Shown: piece by piece, positions 32,271 through 40,387 of the stretch
Layout of the letters: each line of letters begins with the position of its first letter
How positions within the stretch are numbered: position 1 is the stretch's first letter
IMG/VR virus record: IMGVR_UViG_3300028888_000089
Direction: 5' to 3' (one strand)
DNA from: an uncultured virus (IMG/VR IMGVR_UViG_3300028888_000089)
Taxonomy: Duplodnaviria > Heunggongvirae > Uroviricota > Caudoviricetes
Length of the DNA stretch: 64,000 nt
Program-made: the position numbers and the translations under genes
The notes under the pieces: generated by a model
Told to the model about the DNA's origin: nothing
Database searches by the model: none
Seen by the model: the letters and a program-made list of their open reading frames with translations, nothing else

Positions 32271-32711
32271 TCAACCTTCGAGTATAGTGCCATCTTTAGC
32301 ATACCTCCTCATAAATCGTCCTTTTGCTTTTGGATCTAAGAATAGTAAATATAATTCAACACTATCGCCTCTCAAAGTGTGTCTTAATTCATCAATACTT
32401 ATCCAATCATCTTCATTCATTTTATTTACTTCATAGTACTGTTTTGCTATCCATGCAGCTTCATCGGTATCCGCTGCACAAATGACCTCAGTTGAAATAT
32501 TATGAACGGGTTCCCAATTTAATCGTTGACCGCATTGAAAACATAAACTATTTCCATGAATTTTTTTCTTGAATTGGATTGTTCTTTTGCATTTAGGACA
32601 AATATAACGAATGAGGCGTCCGTCATATTGAATTATTACATTTTTTGCCATGTCGTTCATAATACTCCCTCGAAAAAATAAAAGAGGAAGCCGATTAAAC
32701 GGCATCCTCAA
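32271..32711 (-). CDS. Zinc-ribbon hypothetical protein
   Basis: CPKC...CFQCGQRLNW. Confidence 0.6.
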   Translation of the reverse strand: MRMPFNRLPLLFFRGSIMNDMAKNVIIQYDGRLIRYICPKCKRTIQFKKKIHGNSLCFQCGQRLNWEPVHNISTEVICAADTDEAAWIAKQYYEVNKMNEDDWISIDELRHTLRGDSVELYLLFLDPKAKGRFMRRYAKDGTILEG

Positions 32712-32933
32712 TTACATAATCCTTGGTTCCTAGCCAAATGTAGTTCGTTCGCGCATCGTACTCCGTATTTTTCTTCGATTTTGGTTTATTACCGAATATT
32801 GTTTTACCAGCTTTTTTATTGTCAATCGCTGTGTAAACAGCATCGATAATAATCGATCCGATAATATATACCGCAAGTCTTGTAGCAAACTTTTTCATTA
32901 TTGCCATCCCCCTTTCATTATTAGGGATGTTCA

Positions 32934-33422
32934 TCATGCGAGGTAGTCAAGTAATGTCTTTTTTCTTTTGGGAATTTGCACTTTTTTGCCATTACTTTTG
33001 CATAATTCTATATATTCTTTAACTGCTTCATTAAAGACAATAGAAATATCTTTTTCATTCTCGCAATCCCAAGTAACAAGATCATCTATGTCTTCTATTT
33101 TTCCATGAAAAACATGATCTTCGATAGAATATGTAGCATATGTATAGTATATTCCAGAACTATATTTTACATATCCTATTATTTTTGTAGGATCCGAATT
33201 GACATTACGGTACTTTTTATCACCACAAATATCCTTATATGCTTTCTTTAAAGTACATATAATGGCTCCTGATATATCTAATTGACGCCTCAAGCCATTA
33301 ATAGTATTAATACAGACATCCGCATTTATGCCATCTAAACTATCAGGATCAGCAAGTTTTATACTTTCCAACCATGCTATAGCTTGCTGAATGCTTTTTT
33401 TACCAGGTGCTTTATTAGACAT
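32934..33422 (-). CDS. Hypothetical protein with C-terminal HicB-like antitoxin fold
   Basis: YS.ED.VFHGKI..IDDLVT....F.EAV.EYIELC...GK pattern. Confidence 0.6.
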   Translation of the reverse strand: MSNKAPGKKSIQQAIAWLESIKLADPDSLDGINADVCINTINGLRRQLDISGAIICTLKKAYKDICGDKKYRNVNSDPTKIIGYVKYSSGIYYTYATYSIEDHVFHGKIEDIDDLVTWDCENEKDISIVFNEAVKEYIELCKSNGKKVQIPKRKKTLLDYLA

Positions 33423-33547
33423 ATGTTGCCTCCTAAAAAATAAAAAAGAAAGAAGGTACGCTTTTTAGTCATACCTTCTATCTTCGAAGAGGATTAATCA
33501 GTCAATCTTAATTTTGATTAACCACATTAACCTTCTTTTTAAAAGCC

Positions 33548-34141
33548 TCATAAATGCATCGGAAACAGTCTCAAAATGAATTCTGCTATCTTTACAGCCT
33601 TCGGATTCTCCCTTTCCAATGAAAACACGAATACACCGACAAGAACCATAGATCCAATAAGAATACCATCTTTCGGAGCCATTATAAATTTACCGTCTTT
33701 GACTTTCTTAATGTTCTCGTATTCGAGCTTCATCTCTTCCTGAAGTGTACTATACACATCATGCATATCGGCAAGATCTTTTTTCATTTCCTCTAGATCG
33801 CCCCTAGCATTTCTTAAATTGCGTTCAGCAACCATTTCTTCTTTACTAGGTACAAGACGATCAATAAGAATAGATCCGTCATCTGCGATTTTGCTTGTAT
33901 AGTTAACAGATTTAGCTCTAGCTTCGGAACATTTTGCAGTTAAGTCAGCAACTAAAATTTCTTGCTTTTCAATCCTACTGTTTTGTTCTTCTATTCTTTT
34001 TTGAATCTTTTTGAGTCCTTCCTGTATTCTTAAAACATTTTGCTGGAGATCTTTTACTGTAACCTTAACAGGTTTCACATCACTTCCAGACCATAATTTC
34101 CTTACAGTTCCTCTAACCTTTTCCAAAAATTGTTTAATCAT
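33548..34141 (-). CDS. Coiled-coil membrane-anchored hypothetical protein
   Basis: Cassette gene between a promoter motif (34180-34203) and a terminator. Confidence 0.65.
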   Translation of the reverse strand: MIKQFLEKVRGTVRKLWSGSDVKPVKVTVKDLQQNVLRIQEGLKKIQKRIEEQNSRIEKQEILVADLTAKCSEARAKSVNYTSKIADDGSILIDRLVPSKEEMVAERNLRNARGDLEEMKKDLADMHDVYSTLQEEMKLEYENIKKVKDGKFIMAPKDGILIGSMVLVGVFVFSLERENPKAVKIAEFILRLFPMHL

Positions 34142-34217
34142 GATAACACCCTCCTTATTATTGAGTTGTTAACCCTCTTCATATAAAGGATGTTTTCAAG
34201 GCGTAGTCTCATTGGAA

Positions 34218-34406
34218 TCACCTCTTTGCTTCCCAATGATGAACTGCATACTTGGGATTATCTTGACCTGGCCATTCTTCACTTGACGAACGTTCAACTT
34301 TATAACCAGCGCTTTTAATTTTGTTTAAAATTCTTTTTTCCGTATTATTAGATGCATCGAAATGCACTTCTGGATCTCTATTTGAGTAATGAATTACGGT
34401 TATCAT
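34218..34406 (-). CDS. Small hypothetical protein flanked by 20-bp direct repeats
   Basis: GGAGGA RBS and ATG at 34406. Confidence 0.6.
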   Translation of the reverse strand: MITVIHYSNRDPEVHFDASNNTEKRILNKIKSAGYKVERSSSEEWPGQDNPKYAVHHWEAKR

Positions 34407-34425
34407 TTGCTCCTCCTTGAATTTT

Positions 34426-34785
34426 TCAAGGCGTAGCCTCATCAGAAATATCTTTATTCTCGTTTTCAGGCAGATCCGGTTCAGCTTCTTCTTTCTTCTT
34501 TGCTTTATTGAAGCTTGTGAACCGAACGTACACATTCCCGATTACGTCTGTAGAAGCAAGCTCATGCATCGCCACCATCATATTGGTGATATCATTATGC
34601 GTATTCATTGCTTTCAGACCTTTAAACGTGATAGTGCTGGGTCCTTTAGGATTCATAGATGTGAACTTTTTGTCGAATTTGATGTGGTGCTCCCTGAAAA
34701 TCCTTAAGATTTCATCAGCATCTTTCATCTGCGCAGTAACATCAATGCGCTGGTTTTTGAAAACACTAAGAACTACGGAACTCAT
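34426..34785 (-). CDS. Hypothetical protein
   Basis: 119 aa ORF with GAGGAGG RBS. Confidence 0.65.
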   Translation of the reverse strand: MSSVVLSVFKNQRIDVTAQMKDADEILRIFREHHIKFDKKFTSMNPKGPSTITFKGLKAMNTHNDITNMMVAMHELASTDVIGNVYVRFTSFNKAKKKEEAEPDLPENENKDISDEATP

Positions 34786-35139
34786 AAAATTTCCTCCTCA
34801 AAAATATAATTTGTTTTAATGAAAAAAGACCAGGAGTTGTTCCTAGTCTTTATCATTTTTAGTAAACCATGATCGGATTTCGTTAATTACAGATTCTAAT
34901 CCTTGATGAAATATAAGGAATAATACTAGAATAACGATACCAATTCCCATAGTCATCCTCCTTTCCTATTTAGGAAGATGCTTCTTGCGCGAGTTCATCT
35001 GCGTTTCTGTCATTTGCTATTTGCTCAACTAACATTTGAGAGGCCTCTTTAACATTAGGCTTATTGCCGATACAAATATCATCTTTGTATACAGAATATG
35101 ACAGATCCTCGATTCTCTTTATTTCATACTTATGCTCCA

Positions 35140-35634
35140 TTATACATTTTCCTCTACTAAATCGAGATTGATCCATCCTTTACTACATCGTCCCCAGCCC
35201 ATGAGAACTTGAGTAATTTCAATAGATCGATCTCTTTTTAAATATCCAACTATTTTACCATCAATCGGACGAGATCGTATTTTCACTTTGTTATAATCTA
35301 CATTCCATACAAGAAATGAATAATCGATCTCGTTTACGTAATCGGCATAAACCCATACACAACCGGTTTCTCCACCAACAATCTCAATCCAATGATGATC
35401 TTCCGACCACTCGCCCGTAGCCTGCAGCACATCATTTCTATCAAAGAAAGCTATGGCATCGGATTTCTTGCTTGGCGAAATCCTGCCATTCAACAGGCTA
35501 GCCTGGACAATAACCGGAATATAATCATTCGTCTGGTTTATCTGGTTCTGTTGGAGGCTTTCTGAACATGAGACGTTCGAAAACGTCAGCAAGAGGAGTA
35601 TCGCTATAAGAAAAGCCATTACTTTTTTGTGCAT
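35140..35634 (-). CDS. Secreted/lipoprotein with two SH3b-like domains
   Basis: Signal peptide; LNGRISPS...W.EI...WVYADYV and VKIRSRP...GWGR...GWINLD. Confidence 0.65.
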   Translation of the reverse strand: MHKKVMAFLIAILLLLTFSNVSCSESLQQNQINQTNDYIPVIVQASLLNGRISPSKKSDAIAFFDRNDVLQATGEWSEDHHWIEIVGGETGCVWVYADYVNEIDYSFLVWNVDYNKVKIRSRPIDGKIVGYLKRDRSIEITQVLMGWGRCSKGWINLDLVEENV

Positions 35635-36220
35635 TCTCTAATCGCTCCTTTTCTTCAAGCAAAGCATCATAATCTTTTTTCAAATCGTCAAATAGTTTCT
35701 TGTTGACAACTTCGACCCCTGAACAAAATCTTTTGAAATCAAGTGTGCACTTTGGACAAAGATCGCCAAAAGTTTCCTGTCTTACACACGTATTACTTTT
35801 GTCCGCACCAAAGCGAACATTTTTGTATAAGACATCGTCGATATGAACGTATTCGCCGTGTGCGTCATCTGGAACAAAAAACAATCCACATCGATCGCAT
35901 TTAATCGCTTTGCTCACAAATATCAATCCCTTCCATCAACTTCAAAAACTCGTTCGGCTAGCAATCTACTCCAGTGAACAGATCCCTTGTTTCCACAAGG
36001 ACATACTATTTGATATTCCTTGTGAGACCCCGAAGGCTCATTAACAAACCTTCTTTTCATAGTTGCTTTTGTCTTTCCACATTTTTGACACCTGTACATT
36101 TTTTGTTGTCCATCTGCTTCAATGTAGTCAGTCCATTCAGTAGGCATTTTGTTTTCCCCTCTCTTAAAAAATAAAAATATAATGCGGGATGAGAAATTAA
36201 TCCCACCCCGCAATTATTTC

Positions 36221-37681
36221 TTACCAGGAATACTCCTTGATATGCTTTACCATGGATCCGGTTCCTTGTTCAGCTAAATTGATGAACTGGAAAACCTTCT
36301 CAGACCAACCGGCAATAATATTTGTCTTATGACCAGCGAACTGCTGAGTGCCATAGCCCATAAGGTCTACGGCATGAACCCAAATATCATTTCCAGTCTC
36401 CCTCCGATATTCATCAGCAGCAGATTGTACAGCGCTTTCCTGTATCAGCCGCCTATTATGCCAATGACTACGAGTATTACACTCGTTATCAGATAGGATG
36501 ATCATTCTATCGCACTTAATATTTTTATCAAGCAGATAGTAAAATGGCAGATACATATCGGTTCCGCCTCCTCCAAAATGGGAAGAATAGGCAGTCTGAA
36601 GAATCCCAGATCTTGTCGACACTGCCATCTGCTGAACCCGATAGTCAAATAAAACTACGATTGAATCGTCGCAGATTTTATTTGCAATCAATCCGAGAAG
36701 CATGGCAATATCTTTCGGATGAACATCGGATTTCTCGCTGATTGTCTGATAGCTCATCGAACCAGAGCAGTCAATAGCGATCACTGTCTTTCCAGGAATT
36801 CTCTCAATGTTCTCAATGGATGCTTCAGCAGCATCTTCGAGAGCATCAAGAACCTTAGAGCCTGCGTTTGCATTAGCTATAAAAGCAGACAGGAACCGGA
36901 AAGGAAGCTGCTTACTATTCTTAACAGCCTGCGGATCAGCGATCTTCTTCAGATACTCATCCAGGTTACTAGGATCGGCAGACAGAATATTCCGCATATT
37001 GCGAAGGAGTGCCATGTAACCGACTTTGCCAGAAGCAATCAGTTCTTGCCAAACATCTTTCGTGTTTCCACGAGCAGAAAGTTCGGTCTCCCAGGTATAA
37101 GGAGTCTCAAGAGTTCCCTCAAGAAGTTTCTTGAAGTTAGCTGATTGCTGTTCATCTTTGGGATTCGGCCGGCAAAGACAAATAGCATCTCTCATTTTGA
37201 AACTCTTGCCTTCACCCTTATACTTGGCCAGGGTATAAGCATCGAATTTCGGACTGGAGAGAATATCACGGAGACCTCTACGGAGGCTATTCGGAATAGG
37301 CTTTCCGAATGTATTGATGTAATAAGACAGAATCTCAGTCACATCATCTCCGCGAAGAACGACGCCCTTAACAGTCTTCTTAACATAAGGTTTGCCTTCC
37401 GGAGCATTGGCCAGATAGCTGGTCAGGACATGAGAAATAGACCTCATATTGAACTCACGGCGAGCGAAGACTGCCAGATTGGAGACGAATTCCGGATCAT
37501 CTTTGATGACCGCTTTTAAGGTCTCAATGATCTCGTCAGAGTTGTCGCCATAGAACTTTTCCTCATTAAAGAATGAGGTGAGGACCTGCGTAACAAGCTT
37601 GTCCTTATCGGGCATAGCATACGCAGTATTGCCGGAATGGTTGGTCGTTTTAATGGTCGCTTCGTTGTTGAACTTAGACAT
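36221..37681 (-). CDS. Ro60/Rsr-like TROVE + vWA domain RNA-binding protein
   Basis: FFNE.KFYG, AR.EFNMRS, FD.Y.LAKY, TWETELS, GYMALLRNMRN, SKQLPFRF and MIDAS DCSGSM...GGGT...LSDNE motifs. Confidence 0.92.
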   Translation of the reverse strand: MSKFNNEATIKTTNHSGNTAYAMPDKDKLVTQVLTSFFNEEKFYGDNSDEIIETLKAVIKDDPEFVSNLAVFARREFNMRSISHVLTSYLANAPEGKPYVKKTVKGVVLRGDDVTEILSYYINTFGKPIPNSLRRGLRDILSSPKFDAYTLAKYKGEGKSFKMRDAICLCRPNPKDEQQSANFKKLLEGTLETPYTWETELSARGNTKDVWQELIASGKVGYMALLRNMRNILSADPSNLDEYLKKIADPQAVKNSKQLPFRFLSAFIANANAGSKVLDALEDAAEASIENIERIPGKTVIAIDCSGSMSYQTISEKSDVHPKDIAMLLGLIANKICDDSIVVLFDYRVQQMAVSTRSGILQTAYSSHFGGGGTDMYLPFYYLLDKNIKCDRMIILSDNECNTRSHWHNRRLIQESAVQSAADEYRRETGNDIWVHAVDLMGYGTQQFAGHKTNIIAGWSEKVFQFINLAEQGTGSMVKHIKEYSW

Positions 37682-37722
37682 AACAGTTCTCCTTTCTTAT
37701 TGAGACAAAGTAATGTTTCCAT

Positions 37723-37855
37723 AAGCCGACAAAAGCATACGCAGTATTCTAGGAAGGTTTTCGCTCTACCACTTGAGCTATTTAGCTTTTGCTAAAATAG
37801 GATTTGAACCTATGACATAAAATGATCGAAGTAACTGCATATTACAGTTCGGCTT
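37723..37855 (-). ncRNA. YrlA-like Y RNA 1 (permuted tRNA-like domain)
   Basis: AAGCCGA/TCGGCTT closing stem; UACUUC; T-arm, then closed acceptor hairpin, then D-arm TAGCTCAAGTGGTAGAGC. Confidence 0.8.
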
Positions 37856-37867
37856 GGAAACAAAATA

Positions 37868-37984
37868 TAATAAACCGATAAAAGCGAAAATGGAGTTTAC
37901 ACTTGTGCAACCAATAGCACCATACGAGAATGTCGTAAGTAGGATTCGAACCGAAGTATCCATTTTCTACAATACGGTTTATTA
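37868..37984 (-). ncRNA. YrlA-like Y RNA 2
   Basis: 10-bp closing stem, UACUUC, GGTTCGAATCC, D-arm-like hairpin. Confidence 0.75.
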
Positions 37985-37995
37985 CCGGAATATAT

Positions 37996-38141
37996 AATTA
38001 AGCCGATAAAATCAAAAACAGTATTTTTCGTGCTCTGTCCAGCTGAGCTATCAGAAACTGTTACCAGATCCTGAATAGGATTCGAACCTATGACCACGTC
38101 GTTAACAGCGAAGTAACTGTTTTTTACAATACGGCTTAATT
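37996..38141 (-). ncRNA. YrlA-like Y RNA 3 with Asn(GUU) anticodon loop
   Basis: Closing stem; UCG-CUGUUAA-CGA; T-arm, acceptor hairpin, D-arm TAGCTCAGCTGGACAGAGC. Confidence 0.8.
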
Positions 38142-38151
38142 TCTTAAGAAA

Positions 38152-38248
38152 AGGGCAGACAAAATCAATAGCAGATAACAGTTAGGAAACCTGGGTTGGA
38201 GGTTTGTACTTATTAAATCGAAGTAGCTGCTATTTACAGTTCTGCCCT
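38152..38248 (-). ncRNA. Short Y-like RNA 4
   Basis: AGGGCAGA/TCTGCCCT and AATAGCAG/CTGCTATT stems; UACUUC. Confidence 0.75.
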
Positions 38249-38343
38249 GAAGAGGGGTGTGACAGTCTAATGTCCGTATATAGACCGTCAAAAGGAGGTG
38301 TTTGGCGAGAGAAGCGCATCTTCTCGCCAATGAATGGGAAATA

Positions 38344-38437
38344 TAATAAATGGATAAAAACGATAATGGTGAGATTAATAGAGTTGCAGTCTATTTTATA
38401 TAATCGAAGTAACCATTATCTACAATGCCATTTATTA
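38344..38437 (-). ncRNA. Short Y-like RNA 5 with Cys(GCA) anticodon stem-loop
   Basis: Same scaffold; AAUAGA-CUGCAAC-UCUAUU. Confidence 0.75.
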
Positions 38438-38445
38438 CCAAATAA

Positions 38446-38518
38446 AAGCCGACAAAAAGCGAAAACGGAACAATATCAAATCCCGAATTCGAAGTAACTG
38501 TTTTCTACAGTTCGGCTT
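38446..38518 (-). ncRNA. Short Y-like RNA 6 with Pro(CGG) anticodon stem-loop
   Basis: Same scaffold; UCGAA-UUCGGGA-UUUGA. Confidence 0.78.
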
Positions 38519-38525
38519 AATGGAA

Positions 38526-38601
38526 TGACGGACAAAAGCGAGAACGGGTAACATAAAGTCAAATTAGCAGTTCGAAGTATCCGTTCTCTACAGTTCCGTC
38601 A
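38526..38601 (-). ncRNA. Short Y-like RNA 7 with Ser(GCU) anticodon stem-loop
   Basis: Same scaffold; UCGAA-CUGCUAA-UUUGA; begins 2 nt after tRNA-Leu. Confidence 0.78.
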
Positions 38602-38603
38602 AG

Positions 38604-38686
38604 TGCGCTTAGTGGGACTCGAACCCACACGTCTATACAGACAAGGGATTTTAAGTCCCTGGCGTCTGCCATTCCGCCATAAGCGC
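38604..38686 (-). tRNA. tRNA-Leu(UAA)
   Basis: Full cloverleaf; AGGGA-CUUAAAA-UCCCU; long variable arm; GGTTCGAGTCC. Confidence 0.93.
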
Positions 38687-38688
38687 AT

Positions 38689-38725
38689 AAAAAATCCAGA
38701 AGAGAATATTTAAAACTCTTCTGGA
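38689..38725 (-). terminator. Terminator-like hairpin downstream of the RAMP gene
   Basis: TCCAGAAGAG/CTCTTCTGGA stem plus U-tract. Confidence 0.6.
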
Positions 38726-38805
38726 CAGAATATATCTTATGAGCAGCCTAACCCTGTGTTGTCGCCCGCAGGAAAGGATGTCTCTCTTCAACTGCTCATA
38801 AAATA

Positions 38806-39423
38806 TCAAGTATAGGGCTCCTGCTTACGATCGAGAATTTCAAAGTGGTAAATCCCTTTTCCAGAGTTTCTCCACTGTCCAAATCCACGATCGGCTCCAT
38901 AATTAAGAGCTTCGATAATCGGCTTCTCATGATTATCAGTGAGCATCTTAATTTTGAAAGTAATGCTACTTCCAGCAGGAATTGTCTCGCTCGTAGCCAG
39001 AGCAACCCGTTCGCCCTGAGCAGTCTGAGCACGAAGCGGTCTTGTGCACTGTCCGATTTCTCCGCCATTCAGATCAATCGGAATCATTCGAGGCTGTACG
39101 AAAATAAGGCCATCAATCTCTTTCTTATAGGCCTTAATCTTTCCGCACTCAGTTCCAGGAATCTTCTTAAGGAAACTAAATGCGTCCTTAAATAATCCCT
39201 TGAGCTGATAGTTGAACACTATGGGATTTCCATCAGTGTCGCGAGGGAAAACAGTCATGGACTTTTCAAAGACGCCTTCGGTGCCGATTGCGGCGACTTC
39301 TTCTTCCATGCTTTGTGCATCAGGAGCTTTGCTCGCAATATACTCCTTATGCAGATCGGGGTTGCCAGATGCAGTTCCGAGTACTTCCTCGTCGAATGTC
39401 ATCTTTACAGTAAGTGTTACCAT
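38806..39423 (-). CDS. Stand-alone RAMP superfamily (Cas7/Csm3-like) protein
   Basis: FPRDTDGNPIVFNYQLKGLFK (cf. Csm3 RD..G.PYIPGSSLKG); ETIPAGSSITF (cf. ERVPAG..F); C-terminal G-rich loop GFGQWRNSGKG; no other cas genes in the window. Confidence 0.75.
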   Translation of the reverse strand: MVTLTVKMTFDEEVLGTASGNPDLHKEYIASKAPDAQSMEEEVAAIGTEGVFEKSMTVFPRDTDGNPIVFNYQLKGLFKDAFSFLKKIPGTECGKIKAYKKEIDGLIFVQPRMIPIDLNGGEIGQCTRPLRAQTAQGERVALATSETIPAGSSITFKIKMLTDNHEKPIIEALNYGADRGFGQWRNSGKGIYHFEILDRKQEPYT

Positions 39424-39489
39424 TTCCCTTTTCCTCCTTAAAAATAGGTTTTGAAAAATATAAGAGAGACGTTAAATTAACATCTCTCT

Positions 39490-39514
39490 CATTTACAACT
39501 GTGTTTTTTACGCG
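39490..39514 (-). promoter_or_regulatory. Promoter-like motif upstream of the RAMP gene
   Basis: CGCGTAAAAAACACAGTTGTAAATG followed by a hairpin. Confidence 0.6.
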
Positions 39515-39518
39515 TGAT

Positions 39519-40346
39519 CAAACCATTCCACGCTGCGCTTTTCTGATCCATAGCTTGGCCATTTTCTGCAGTTCCATTCCGTTGCTTATCGTTACTGTTC
39601 CAAGCCTTTCCATCGCTTCTCGGTGTGTATCCTTTCCATTGCTCTTCCTGGCCAATACAAGCTTTTCTTTAGCCTTGCACGGCATCTCCTCGCTCTTCCT
39701 TCGCTGTTTGATTCCAGTCACAACACCGCCATTCCAACGCATTGTGATTCGTTTCCTTTCCACAGCAAAGCCTCTCTTTGCAGTTCCTTGGCAGTTCCCT
39801 TCGTGTCTAAGCAATTCCTTTGCGTTTCATCACTCCGCTCTTCCTTAGCAACGACTTGCCGATCAATTCCCTGCCCTGCTTCTCCTTTGCTTTTCGTCTC
39901 TACGCTCAGCTCTTCCTTTCTTTTCCTTGGCCATTCTTTTCTTTGCTATCCTCGCATTTCCTTTGCTTTTCGTCTCTACCCACGATTTGCTTTTCCATAG
40001 CATCGCTTCTCCTCGATCCGCCTTTCCGTCGCTTGGAAATTCGTTTCTATTCACTTCTTTTTCCTTGCATAGCACCTCATATCATATCATGTCTACGCCC
40101 CGCTGTTCCATCGCCAAACAACTCAATTCAATTCTTTAGCATTTCTAAGCATCTCTATTCCTTTCCATCGCCAAACAATTCTCTGCATCTCTTTTGCTTT
40201 TCATGGCACAACACGGCGATTCCGTTCGACGCCATTCCATTTCGGAGCTTTGCGCTTACGAGCCATTCAATTCTTTAGCATTTCCTTTCGTTTCTTTGCA
40301 ACGCTTTTCCTTTGCTTTTCGCCTCTATACTGCTCTTTTCCTTCGC
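39519..40346 (-). repeat. Period-5 non-coding array, G(A/C)RNN pentamers punctuated by GCNNNG hexamers; candidate guide-RNA array
   Basis: C at nearly every 5th plus-strand position; 25 phase-shift points with spacings mostly 26/31/36/41/46. Confidence 0.85.
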
Positions 40347-40387
40347 AAAGAAAAAATAAAGGAGAAGACTTTAAGTCCTCTCCTCTG

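Noticed and set aside
38185..38197. Trp(CCA) anticodon loop CUCCAAC in Y-like RNA 4
   Set aside because: The best stem (AAACCU/AGGUUU) puts the loop out of register, so it was not counted; no clear anticodon loop was seen in units 1 and 2 either
37723..38601. CRISPR array or ordinary tRNA cluster
   Set aside because: Units conserve pairing rather than sequence, and the tRNA arms are permuted (T before D); the short ORFs called here are spurious
39519..40346. Canonical CRISPR array or simple microsatellite
   Set aside because: No identical 25-40 bp repeats with unique spacers; pentamers are too variable for a slippage microsatellite
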